The notes under the pieces: model-generated | What the model was told of the DNA's origin: nothing | What the model saw: only the letters and a program-made list of their open reading frames with translations | Databases searched by the model: none | NCBI GenBank assembly: GCA_965222375.1 | Contig: CBDCTZ010000016.1 | Span: forward strand, 96,001 to 160,000 | Length of the DNA stretch: 64,000 bases | Reading direction: 5' to 3' | Origin: Polyangiaceae bacterium | Lineage (GTDB): Bacteria > Myxococcota_A > Polyangia > Polyangiales > Polyangiaceae | Position numbers and translations under genes: made by a program | Shown: positions 20,442 through 28,935 of the stretch, piece by piece | Layout of the letters: each line of letters opens with the position of its first letter | Numbering within the stretch: the first letter of the stretch is position 1

Positions 20442-21347
20442 ATGGGCCCGAGCACTCTCGTCTGGATCGCACTTCCAGGCGTGGTGTGCGCCTTGCTCTT
20501 GTTGAGTGGTCGCCCGCGGCGCGAGAAGCCGTGGGCGGGCGACCGCTATTTGGCCCCGGCCGCGTTGGGCCTGGCCTACGTCGCGGGTCACTTCGCGCTC
20601 TTCGGCGTTGACCTGACGCCCCATGACGCCACTCACTGGCTGCCTCACGTCGCGCTGCTCGGGATCCTGGCAGCGTTGGTTTCCGCTGGACGCGCGCGGG
20701 GCCTCGCCCTGGTCGTCGGATTGGTCGCCGCCGCCCTCGGGGCCTACGTCTTGCTGCGCCCCCTCGCGGCTCAGATGTCCGGTGCCCGATTCGCCATGGT
20801 ACTGGCGGCCATCGCGACAGCAGCAACGCTCGCTGGGGCGCTGCTCAGGGTCAGCCTAGCAAAAGCCAATGCTCCTGCTGGCGGTGGGTTGTTGGTCTTG
20901 ATCGGCACCGTGACCGCAGCGCTGTGTGGGGCATCAGGCACACTCACGATTGGTCAGTTCGGCGGTCTGGCCACGTCTGCCTTCGCGGGTTTGGCAGTCG
21001 CTGGTTGGCTCTACCGGCGGTCCCTCGATCTGCGGGTGACGGTGCCGGTGGTGATCGCACTGCTCGGTGGTGCCATCACCCTGGCCTTCTTCTACGCAGA
21101 AATGCGCGTCGCGGTGCTGGGCATTCTCGCCGCCGTCCCCATCGCCCTAGCGCTAGCGCACCGACTGATCCCCAAGCGCAAACTACTCGCACAACTCGGC
21201 GCGACGATCCTACTAGGCGCCGTCGCGGGATGGCAGGCCTTTACGGTCCCGGACGACAAGACGCCTTCCAGCGCCACCAGCGACGGCGCAGCGGGGTCCG
21301 CCGCCGCAACCGACGACTACGGTTACGGCTACGACTACGACGACTGA
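20442..21347 (+). CDS. Polytopic membrane protein
   Basis: Many hydrophobic segments; starts 5 nt after yceI; tail DDYGYGYDYDD. Confidence 0.75.
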   Translation: MGPSTLVWIALPGVVCALLLLSGRPRREKPWAGDRYLAPAALGLAYVAGHFALFGVDLTPHDATHWLPHVALLGILAALVSAGRARGLALVVGLVAAALGAYVLLRPLAAQMSGARFAMVLAAIATAATLAGALLRVSLAKANAPAGGGLLVLIGTVTAALCGASGTLTIGQFGGLATSAFAGLAVAGWLYRRSLDLRVTVPVVIALLGGAITLAFFYAEMRVAVLGILAAVPIALALAHRLIPKRKLLAQLGATILLGAVAGWQAFTVPDDKTPSSATSDGAAGSAAATDDYGYGYDYDD

Positions 21348-21406
21348 CCCCGCGAAGCCCTGCGACTGACCCCAGTAAGCCCTGCGACTGACCCCAGTAA
21401 GCCCCG
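21341..21406 (+). repeat. 22-bp tandem repeat, three copies, starting in the last codons of the upstream gene
   Basis: CGACTGACCCCGCGAAGCCCTG / CGACTGACCCCAGTAAGCCCTG / CGACTGACCCCAGTAAGCCCCG. Confidence 0.9.
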
Positions 21407-21505
21407 CGCTATCTCATTTGATTTGGGGTCGAGCGCTGTGCCGGCGCGTCTTCCCTAATCTCGCGCTTCATCCCGCGGCGCGCCTGCCGCGATTCGTTCG
21501 CCAGC

Positions 21506-21534
21506 TTGACACTCGTGCACTTCAGCCAAAAACT
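21506..21534 (+). promoter_or_regulatory. Sigma70-type promoter of tRNA-Ser
   Basis: TTGACA (21506-21511), 17 bp, AAAACT (21529-21534), then GC-rich CCGCCGT before the tRNA. Confidence 0.6.
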
Positions 21535-21541
21535 CCGCCGT

Positions 21542-21628
21542 GGAGGAGTGGCCGAGTGGTCTAAGGCAGCGGTTTTGAAAACCGCCGTGGGTTTACGCCC
21601 ACCGAAGGTTCGAATCCTTTCTCCTCCG
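21542..21628 (+). tRNA. tRNA-Ser (anticodon TGA), CCA not encoded
   Basis: Acceptor GGAGGAG/CTCCTCC-G; anticodon arm GCGGT-TTTGAAA-ACCGC; long variable arm GTGGG-TTTACG-CCCAC; GGTTCGAATCC T-arm. Confidence 0.97.
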
Positions 21629-21857
21629 CCCCAGATCTCGATTTCCGAATGTATCTCAGCCCGGATTGTCGGACCTGGGTAGGCAGGATCTAGCCCGGAC
21701 GAGCAGCCCGACCCAGCTCAGCAGAAGATAGGCAACAACCGTCAGGCTGTCGCGCTCAGCCTGCGTTGCGACGAGCTTGATCTCGGCAATCGAGTAGTTG
21801 ACAGTAAGCCGTTGCGACCTGGTTGGGAGCGGAAGCCGATCGAAAAGTCGATGCAGA

Positions 21858-22210
21858 TCAGTTGTCAGTGAACAGGTTGATGTATGACGGGTACATGAAC
21901 TTCCTGTTGCGAGCCTGGCCTGTGATCTCACGAAGGATGGTCAGGTCGACCATCTTCGAGACCAGGTCATTTGCGGCAGGGAACGTCGTTCCGATCACGT
22001 CCTGAGCCTCCCTCACGGAGATAATCGGATGGCGGTATAAGTGCTCGAGAACCTTGTGGCCATTCCCTGCTGAGCGACCGAGCGATTCCGTAATTGCGTT
22101 GCGGTGCTGCTCGCGCAGCTGAAGGATGGCGCGGGCCGTCTCTGTGGCTTGGGCGCTCACTTCGATGACCCCCTCGAGGAAGAACTCGAGCCACTCCTCC
22201 CACGCTCCTC
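21858..22210 (-). pseudogene. C-terminal fragment of a Fic-family protein (wHTH end)
   Basis: GAWEEWLEFFLEGV...HPIISV...LREITGQARNRKFMYPSYINLF; catalytic HPFxxGNGR region absent. Confidence 0.75.
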
Positions 22211-22233
22211 CACTTGGTGGCATGGTGAGCGTC

Positions 22234-22715
22234 ATGGGTCTTCGACGGCCGGGTTGGATTTGGGTCGTGTCGGTGATCGGCGTGAGTTGCGGCAGAGCGA
22301 CGCAGGAGCCAGCGCGCAGCGGAGCTGGCCAATCGGATCCGGCACGGGCCGCGGAGTGCAGCGTCGACGTTCTATGCCCCGCCGGACAGACCTGCGTGAT
22401 CTCGCCCTGCGCGTCCCCGGCGTGACCATCGATGGCGCGCCCCGCAGCGGCGGGACACGCGGCGCGTCTCGCAGCGACCTCCGCAGCGGAACCGTTGGCG
22501 GGCTTCGCGCAGGAGATCGGATCGATGGCGCGCGGGTGAAGTCGTCGAAATCTGTACCGTACCCCTTCGCGCGCACCTGGGACATCGCAGTGACCGGGCC
22601 CACGGGCTTCTACATCAGCGATGGGGTCGTCCTCGCGAGCACGCTGCGGGCGCCACGTTGTCCGTCAGGGAGCTACAAAATGCCCCCGACCCAAAAACCA
22701 TCTGGACGGCGCTGA
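22234..22715 (+). pseudogene. Degraded lipoprotein with probable Hint-like domain (frameshift plus internal deletion)
   Basis: Lipobox-like GVSC then CVISPCASP; after a frameshift near 22418, GLRAGDRIDGARV...PYPFARTWDI...TGFYISDGVVLASTL. Confidence 0.5.
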
Positions 22716-22773
22716 GCTCCCGCGACGATCGGTTTCGTGAGGTCGCCCGCTGCACTCGCCCTCGAAGCCGAAC

Positions 22774-22966
22774 CGCAATCACCGGTTGGAGCTCTCGGCA
22801 CAAGGCGGATCGCCGGCAAGTCCAGAACTGATCCTGATTGCTGGCGGGACCCCAACCGACGAATCCAACGCAATCACCGGTTAAAGCTCTCGGGCTTCGT
22901 GATGGCGGGTCGTCGGCAAGTTTGGATGTGGTCCTGGTTGCTGTCGGGATCCCAGCCGGCGAAGTC
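22774..22966. repeat. Diverged ~95-bp tandem duplication of the 3' end of gene 22874..23266
   Basis: Both units begin CGCAATCACCGGTT (22774, 22869); minus-strand translations FAGWDPDSNQDHIQTCRRPA vs FVGWGPASNQDQFWTCRRSA. Confidence 0.85.
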
Positions 22967-23266
22967 GGGGCGTAGGTGTTTGCCTCGCTGGAGGTCGATG
23001 TCGACTTCGCTTCGCTGACACTTCCAGTTGGGAGGGCAATCTGTGTCGGCTTCGCAGCGATCGGTGCAGTAGGCAGATTCGTCCCAGGACTCGACGCAGT
23101 ACTGGGCCGGGAACATGCCACGGCACTCGGTCCGCTGGGTGCAGGCCTCTCCGACCTGTTTCGACCAATTCATGTCGTCGTAGTACTGCAGGCCAAAAGC
23201 CGCGCCCAAGAACAGAACCAGGCTCGACACCGCGAGCGCGGCGTAGACAAGCTTCTTCCCACCCAT
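22874..23266 (-). CDS. Small membrane-anchored Cys-rich protein
   Basis: N-terminal TM; GEACTQRTEC...YCTDRCEADTDCPPNWKC. Confidence 0.75.
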   Translation of the reverse strand: MGGKKLVYAALAVSSLVLFLGAAFGLQYYDDMNWSKQVGEACTQRTECRGMFPAQYCVESWDESAYCTDRCEADTDCPPNWKCQRSEVDIDLQRGKHLRPDFAGWDPDSNQDHIQTCRRPAITKPESFNR

Positions 23267-23462
23267 GCCAAAGAGCGTATCTCAACGCCGAGCGAGCCAG
23301 CACCCTTCGGGCTTCACGTTGACGTGATGGAGCGACGAAACTCCCCCAGCCCAAAACCCAACCGGCAATGGAGACCCGGGGCGCGTACAGCGTGGACCGG
23401 TTACCGTGGGCCTTCCAACCTTCCTATTCACTCTCCCATCGCGGAAGAGGGGACCGGGAGTC

Positions 23463-24689
23463 CTAACGGCAGAGCACGACTTTGTCGGTGCCCGCGCCGG
23501 GTGTGCAGGTGCCAACCTTGGTCAAGTTCTTCAGGACCATTTCGGTACCGCTGGGGGTGCCCCACTTGAAGGTGGAACCGGAGCCGACGCAGTACACACC
23601 ACCGGCGAAGGTGCTGGTGGGGAAAGTGACGATCACGGCCCTGGTGACGTTGCCGGTGGTGTTGGGGCTGAGGGGCTTGTCGACGAAGGCGCGCACGTAG
23701 AGCTGACTGTTGCGACCGTTGAGGTTCGGGGTGCCAACACTACTGCCCGAGAAGTTCACGGCGGTGTTCGTGACCGCTTTGCCCTCGATGCTGCCGGAGG
23801 CCTGGGTCGCGCAGCCACTGCAGAACGTCACGTCGCCGGCCACGGCCGGTCCACTGGGGCACTTGCCCAGGAACTTGGCATCGGTGCTGGTGATGGTTTT
23901 GCGAAGGCTCGGGAGGATGACCATTTTCGCGGAACCAAGGCAGACCACGCCACCGCCGAGGACGCTGCTGGTCGGGCTGACCAAGACCGAGGAATCGACG
24001 TCGTAGCTGCCGGCCGGCAGCGTGCTGAACATCCCCGCCACCTTGCCTTGGAGCCTCTCGGAGCCCTCGTCCTTGAACAGCAGGGTGTTCCACCATGGAT
24101 TTGTGTTCGGTCCGGCGACGCTCAAGGCCTGCCAACCCTCGGAAACCTTCGTGGCCCCGAGCTGGCCTTCGATCGCGCTGCCCGGCGCCGTGGCGCAACT
24201 GAACGCGGGTGTTCCACCCGTGCCCACGCCGCCGGTTCCTGCACCACCCGTGCCCACGCCGCCGGTGCCGCCGCTGGCTCCACCGGAACCCGAGGTGCCA
24301 CCGGTCGAACTAATGCCACCGCTGCCGGACGTTCCGCCCGTCGAGCTGATGCCACCGCTACCCGAACCACCGCCGCTGCCCGCGGAGCCTGCACTACCCG
24401 CGCTGCCTGCGGAGCCAGCGCTACCCGCAGAGCCCGCGCTACCAGCCGAGCCGCCACTACCCGATGTGCCACCCGTCGCGCCGGTTCCCGAAGCGCCGCC
24501 GCTCGTGCTGCCACCGGTCGCGACCCCACCGGATCCGCCTGTTGTCACGAATCCCCCGGTGCCGCTCATGCCACCGATGCCTGCGTCAGGCTTCGGTCCG
24601 CCACCGCTGTCGTCGGAGTCGGAGCCACAAGCCGCGACGAGGCCGAGGGAGGAAACACCAATCAGGACCAACAGAGATGAGCTGCGCAT
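23463..24689 (-). CDS. Lipoprotein with long Gly/Ser/Ala linker and duplicated beta-rich domain
   Basis: Lipobox VAAC; GSA repeats; two similar modules (LGGGVVCLGS...LGKC and FAGGVYCVGS...VGTC). Confidence 0.8.
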   Translation of the reverse strand: MRSSSLLVLIGVSSLGLVAACGSDSDDSGGGPKPDAGIGGMSGTGGFVTTGGSGGVATGGSTSGGASGTGATGGTSGSGGSAGSAGSAGSAGSAGSAGSAGSAGSGGGSGSGGISSTGGTSGSGGISSTGGTSGSGGASGGTGGVGTGGAGTGGVGTGGTPAFSCATAPGSAIEGQLGATKVSEGWQALSVAGPNTNPWWNTLLFKDEGSERLQGKVAGMFSTLPAGSYDVDSSVLVSPTSSVLGGGVVCLGSAKMVILPSLRKTITSTDAKFLGKCPSGPAVAGDVTFCSGCATQASGSIEGKAVTNTAVNFSGSSVGTPNLNGRNSQLYVRAFVDKPLSPNTTGNVTRAVIVTFPTSTFAGGVYCVGSGSTFKWGTPSGTEMVLKNLTKVGTCTPGAGTDKVVLCR

Positions 24690-24855
24690 GCGCAGAGGGA
24701 ACCACGGGACTTGACATGCGGCAAGTCGCCAGGCTCGAGCGCGCATCGGACTGACCGCCCCCGAGGGGCGTCGCGGCAGGTCAGGGACCCAGTCGCGGGC
24801 CCCAGGCTGAAGCGCACAGCGGGCGGCGCTCCCGACAGCAAACTCGTCGCGTCCG

Positions 24856-25401
24856 TCAGCAGCCGCAGCGATGCTGAAGCTCCGCCTGGTCGAGAACCTG
24901 GCGCACGCTGCCGTGGGCGTAGCTCGCAAACTCCTCGGGCTCGAGAGCCAATAGCAGCGGGATCACCAAGTCCTCTTCCTCGGTCAGATGAGCGTGGAGG
25001 GCACGATCGTAGATCGCCAGAGCGTCCTGCAGCTCATCTCGGTTGGCGCTGGCGAAAACGACCCGAACCTGCTCCTTGAGCTCGCCGAGCTGTTCGTGCC
25101 CCTTCTCCAGCAACTCGGTGGTCACGCAATAGCGCCGCCGCAGGAATGGATACAGCTTGGCTTCTTCGTAGAGCTCGTGGTTCTTCATGCCGGCTTGCCA
25201 ACTCTCGAACAAGTGCTCCAGGGAGTCGAGGCGACCAGCCGCGACTTCGCTCTCGGCAGCCTCGACCAAGATCTCGCTGATGGCGCGGAAGTTCTGGTGG
25301 CTGCCGAGCAGGAGCACTTGCGAGGGATAGTGCGGATGGCTGCGCCACTCCGCGCGCGGCAATGCGCGCGCTTGATCGAGCTCGTTATTCGAATCACTCA
25401 T
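24856..25401 (-). CDS. Hemerythrin/HHE-domain protein
   Basis: SHQNF...NHELYEEAKLYP...GHEQL...AHLTEEEDLVIP; SD GGAGG upstream. Confidence 0.8.
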   Translation of the reverse strand: MSDSNNELDQARALPRAEWRSHPHYPSQVLLLGSHQNFRAISEILVEAAESEVAAGRLDSLEHLFESWQAGMKNHELYEEAKLYPFLRRRYCVTTELLEKGHEQLGELKEQVRVVFASANRDELQDALAIYDRALHAHLTEEEDLVIPLLLALEPEEFASYAHGSVRQVLDQAELQHRCGC

Positions 25402-25567
25402 CGCAGCACCTCCTGGGGACCGAACAACATGTGAACCCCAAGTTCGATTCGCAAGCCCCCCCGCCCATGGGGCCGCTCGGCGCTCAGTTCGCCGGCGTGC
25501 TGTTCGCGCAACGGGCTTCGCCCAACGGGATAGACAACGGGGGCGCGAGGGGAGCCGATGTGGTCGA

Positions 25568-25955
25568 ATGGCGTATATAGGCCATCTCGTGCGCCGCATT
25601 CCGCCCAACTCGCCCGCTGCATTGCCGCTTCCTGTGCTGGCGGCCGGCGTCGCGGTGCTCGGAATTGGCTGCGTGAGCGCTCCACCGCCCTTGCCGGAGC
25701 TGCCAACGGACAAACAAGCGAAGTGCTCGATTCAGAAAAGCCAGTCGCGGCCCCTGATCGTGGAGTGGCCCTCGGCGGATCGAGCCAGCCTCGAGTCCCA
25801 AGCTCGGCGTGGTCTCATTGCCGTGCACTACTCGGGTTGCGAGATGGAATTGCTGAGTCGCTGTCGCGTGGAGGGCAAGTATCGCTACACGCCGGTAACG
25901 CTGCAGAGCGATCAGATCTCGATCCGTGACGCAGACGAGCTGTACGCCAAGATTC
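25568..25955 (+). pseudogene. N-terminal fragment of a myxobacterial lipoprotein
   Basis: Lipobox GIGC; PLIVEWPSADRASLE...YSGCEMELLSRC...DELYAKI; beyond ~25955 the ORF is the antisense of another gene fragment. Confidence 0.6.
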
Positions 25956-26362
25956 ACGGCGATGACCTTGACGTCGTCTACATTCCAACCGGAGACTGTG
26001 AAGGCGTTGGTGGCCCCAACCTGATAGCCGAAACGAACACGCAGTTGGGCGTTGGCGTGCTGGGTAATGTCGAAGGACTGCTTGACCCAACTGCTGTCAG
26101 TGATCCCCGGCGATCCTTCGGTTTCCCACACCCGCTCCCACTTGGAGCCGTCGAAGACTTCGACGATGTTTTGCATGTAGGGGGCGAAGTCGCTGTTGAG
26201 CCACCGATAGTATTCCAAGAAGACGGACGCCCCGGACGCCGCGACGGCGGGGCTCGTCAAGTAGCGGTAGGCGTGCACCGTAACAGGTACGTTGCCTCCG
26301 ATGACCACTCCGGCAAGGCGATTGTCCGTGCTCGGCGACGCATCCACGCTGGGATCAGGTCT
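25955..26362 (-). pseudogene. Isolated beta-sandwich (MAM/jelly-roll-like) domain fragment
   Basis: PDPSVDASPSTDNRLAGVVIGGN...YLTSP...RWLNSD...LRVRFG...SGWNVDDV; in-frame TGA just upstream and no signal peptide. Confidence 0.6.
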
Positions 26363-26374
26363 TCGAGGCGCTCA

Positions 26375-26411
26375 CGCTTGGGAGTGGAGCTGGTTGAACC
26401 GCTCCCAAGCG
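26375..26411 (-). terminator. Hairpin downstream of the SnoaL gene
   Basis: CGCTTGGGAG (26375-26384) / CTCCCAAGCG (26402-26411). Confidence 0.5.
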
Positions 26412-26426
26412 CAGCCCTCGCGGCTC

Positions 26427-26786
26427 TCAGCGGCCCATTGCTTTGGCGATTTCGCGAGCGTCGTAGAGCAGCTCGGCAGAGCGGATCTTACCGTCAACCA
26501 CGCGAATGCGCTCTGCACACGGGAACGGTGCGACCGGCAGCTGCTTCACGCCAAAAGTGAACCAGCTGATGACCGTGTCTTTGCCCGTCAGTTGCTCATG
26601 CACCTCGAGCTTGTCCACCATGGGGCCAAACTCTTTGCTCATCGCCAGGAACGCTTCGGCACTATCAAACTGATCAATTGGGCCAACGAACTTGAAGTCG
26701 CTGGCAAGGGGAACGTCGCTGAAATCGCCTCCTTTGCGCCAGGCGTCGTAGTAGCGGTTGACGATTTGCTTGTTGGATTCGGACAT
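26427..26786 (-). CDS. SnoaL-like / NTF2-family protein
   Basis: 119 aa, NKQIVNRYYDAW...DFKFVGP...ERIRVVDGKI; SD GAGGAG. Confidence 0.85.
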   Translation of the reverse strand: MSESNKQIVNRYYDAWRKGGDFSDVPLASDFKFVGPIDQFDSAEAFLAMSKEFGPMVDKLEVHEQLTGKDTVISWFTFGVKQLPVAPFPCAERIRVVDGKIRSAELLYDAREIAKAMGR

Positions 26787-26817
26787 GGGTAGCTCCTCGA
26801 GTTTGTGAATCCTTGCT

Positions 26818-26845
26818 TAGACGTCCGAACCCCATACAACCTGCC
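26818..26845 (-). promoter_or_regulatory. Putative ECF sigma promoter for the SnoaL gene
   Basis: Minus strand GGCAGG-16 nt-CGTCTA; CGTC is a common ECF -10 core. Confidence 0.4.
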
Positions 26846-26884
26846 AACCTTGCGATTTCACACGAGTTCTAGGATTGTTAGGGC

Positions 26885-27697
26885 GTGAGCATCAGTCAGC
26901 AGACCGAGGCCGAATTGCTCGATGGCGCTCGGGCCGGAGACTCCCGGGCCTTCGACCGCCTCATGGCGCCCCATCTGCCGCGGCTTCGAGCCTTGGCCTA
27001 TCGCATGCTGGCCCACCCCGATGATGCCGACGACATCGTGCAAGAGACCCTCGTCGTCGCTCTCCAACGGTTGGGGCAATTCCGAGGTGAGGCCGCGCTA
27101 TCGACGTGGCTCTTATCCATCACCACGAGAAAGTGCCTGGACCACCTGCGCGTCCGCAAGCGGTGGCCCGTCTCCGCGCAGAGCCAGGCGGCAAGCACGG
27201 CCGTGCAGTCACCCGCTGTCATGGGCGAGATTGAAGCGCGTGCAGTAACTCCGGGCTTTCGTTACGAATACCGTGAACACATCGCCTATTGCTTCTCGTG
27301 TTTAGCTCGTTCTCTCGAGCCAGAGGAAGAGGTCGCGCTCATCCTTAGGGAAGTGCTGGAGCACACCAACGACGAGGCTGCTCAAATCGCTGGAATGTCT
27401 GTGTCGACCTTTCGCCATCGCCTGGCAAGCGCCCGCTCGAAAATGAAGGAAGCCTTCGCCGGCCTCTGCTCTTTGGTGGGCAAGCAAGGCGCGTGTTGGC
27501 AATGCGAGGGGCTGCGCGATGCGCTGCCTAGCGACCGACGCGGCACACCCGTGCAGCGGATTGGTACTGCAGAGGACACTCCGAATGAGTTATATCGACG
27601 CCGGTTGAAAATAGTCCGACAGGCAAGGCTCGGAACCGGCACGACCGCGGCACTCCACGACTACCTGCTCCAGTACATGAGCGACAGTTTCGGCTGA
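26885..27697 (+). CDS. ECF sigma factor with Cys-rich C-terminal extension
   Basis: Region 2 DADDIVQET...LSTWLLSI; region 4 FRHRLASAR; HIAYCFSC and CSLVGKQGACWQC. Confidence 0.9.
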   Translation: MSISQQTEAELLDGARAGDSRAFDRLMAPHLPRLRALAYRMLAHPDDADDIVQETLVVALQRLGQFRGEAALSTWLLSITTRKCLDHLRVRKRWPVSAQSQAASTAVQSPAVMGEIEARAVTPGFRYEYREHIAYCFSCLARSLEPEEEVALILREVLEHTNDEAAQIAGMSVSTFRHRLASARSKMKEAFAGLCSLVGKQGACWQCEGLRDALPSDRRGTPVQRIGTAEDTPNELYRRRLKIVRQARLGTGTTAALHDYLLQYMSDSFG

Positions 27698-27704
27698 CGC
27701 GGAA

Positions 27705-27747
27705 ACCGATGCAGCTTATATGCGCTGCGCATATAAGCTGCATCGGT
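27705..27747. repeat. Perfect palindrome, 21-bp arms, 1-nt centre
   Basis: ACCGATGCAGCTTATATGCGC-T-GCGCATATAAGCTGCATCGGT. Confidence 0.97.
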
Positions 27748-27792
27748 GACCCAATGGCGTTGTCAATAGTTCGGCACTTCGTGTATTCTGAA

Positions 27793-28851
27793 ATGATGCC
27801 GGATTTCTTGACCTCCAAGACGTCAACCTTGCTCCTAGTCGCACTGACGGGCTGGAGTTGTGGGCTGGAGGACAAGGGAGATGGGGCAGCACCTGGCGAT
27901 GGCGGGGTCGGAGCATCGAGTTCCGGCGGGATCCCTGGTGCCTCGGGCTTTCCTAGTGTGGGCGGTGATGCGGCCAGCTCGGGCGCAGCGGGAAGTGGCG
28001 GGTCCGCGGCGTCGGGCGGTTCCGCTGGCACATCGGGTGGTAGCGGGGGTCTGGCTGCCGCTGGTGGAGTATCGGGTTCGGCTGGGGCTGGCGGGGCTGG
28101 TGGCAATTCGGGGGCTGGGGGTTCCGGGGGAACTTCGGGCCTGGGGGGCAGCGGCGGCGTTTCGGGTTCGGGTGGCTCGGGCGGGACCGGCGGCGCTTCG
28201 GGCTCAGGCGGTTCTGGGGGGACCGGCGGCGCCTCGGGTTCCGGGGGGTCTGGGGGCGGCGCGTGCTCAAGCGATTGCGGCCCGCTCGCAGTATGCGTGG
28301 GCTCGAGCTGCCTAGCCGGAGCCCGGGTATTCGTGACCCAGAAGACCTACGACGGCGATCTCAACGGCGTGAACGGCGCGGACAACAAGTGCCGAAACGC
28401 GGCGATAAATGCCGGATTGGGAAGCTTCTGGCGAGCATGGGTTTCCACGAGCAGCGGTAGTCCATCATCGCGCTTTCACCAGTCGACGATCCCCTACCGG
28501 CTGCTCGACGGCACCGAAATTGCGAGCAATTGGAGTGATCTTACGGATGGCGCACTCGACCACCCGATCAACCTCAGCCAAAAGCTCAAGGTCCTCTCTG
28601 GAGGCGAGGTGTGGACCAACTCCACCGCTTCGGGAAGCGCTTCACCGTCAGACGGTTGCTACGGCTTCACGAGCAACGGGAGCGGCGCGCCTCGTGCCCG
28701 AGTGGGCTCCCTCGCTGATAGCGACTTGAAGTGGTCGTCGATCTACACCGAATTCTGCGACCGAACCAACGTCCGCATCTATTGTTTCGAGCAAGAGTGC
28801 AACGCGACGACCTGCCCGGGTAGCAGCTGCACCAACAACGTGTGCCAATAG
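27793..28851 (+). CDS. Gly-rich lipoprotein with DUF1554/endostatin-like (C-type lectin-like) domain
   Basis: Lipobox GWSC, Gly/Ser linker, RVFVT...GDLNGVNGADNKC...WRAWVS...IYCFEQ. Confidence 0.8.
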   Translation: MMPDFLTSKTSTLLLVALTGWSCGLEDKGDGAAPGDGGVGASSSGGIPGASGFPSVGGDAASSGAAGSGGSAASGGSAGTSGGSGGLAAAGGVSGSAGAGGAGGNSGAGGSGGTSGLGGSGGVSGSGGSGGTGGASGSGGSGGTGGASGSGGSGGGACSSDCGPLAVCVGSSCLAGARVFVTQKTYDGDLNGVNGADNKCRNAAINAGLGSFWRAWVSTSSGSPSSRFHQSTIPYRLLDGTEIASNWSDLTDGALDHPINLSQKLKVLSGGEVWTNSTASGSASPSDGCYGFTSNGSGAPRARVGSLADSDLKWSSIYTEFCDRTNVRIYCFEQECNATTCPGSSCTNNVCQ

Positions 28852-28935
28852 GACCGAATCGAACAGCCCGCGCGAGCATCCACTTGGTGAAGGCAACACC
28901 AGTCACCAAGTCGGCCGTGAGGGGCGGTGAACCGA

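Noticed and set aside
21341..21406. Possible mini CRISPR array
   Set aside because: Contiguous 22-bp units without unique spacers and no cas genes.
21656..21810. IS4-like transposase C-terminal remnant (VAYLLLSWVGLL)
   Set aside because: Too short, with no DDE motif or terminal repeats; cannot be supported without a search.
23280..23460. Riboswitch (e.g. cobalamin) in the intergenic region
   Set aside because: I could not locate the conserved core motifs on either strand.
24200..28260. Gly/Ser-coding repeats (also near 6480-6600, 19330-19450, 42290-42440, 51720-51840) as DNA repeat elements
   Set aside because: They are low-complexity linkers of lipoproteins; the Pro-rich antisense ORFs are shadows.
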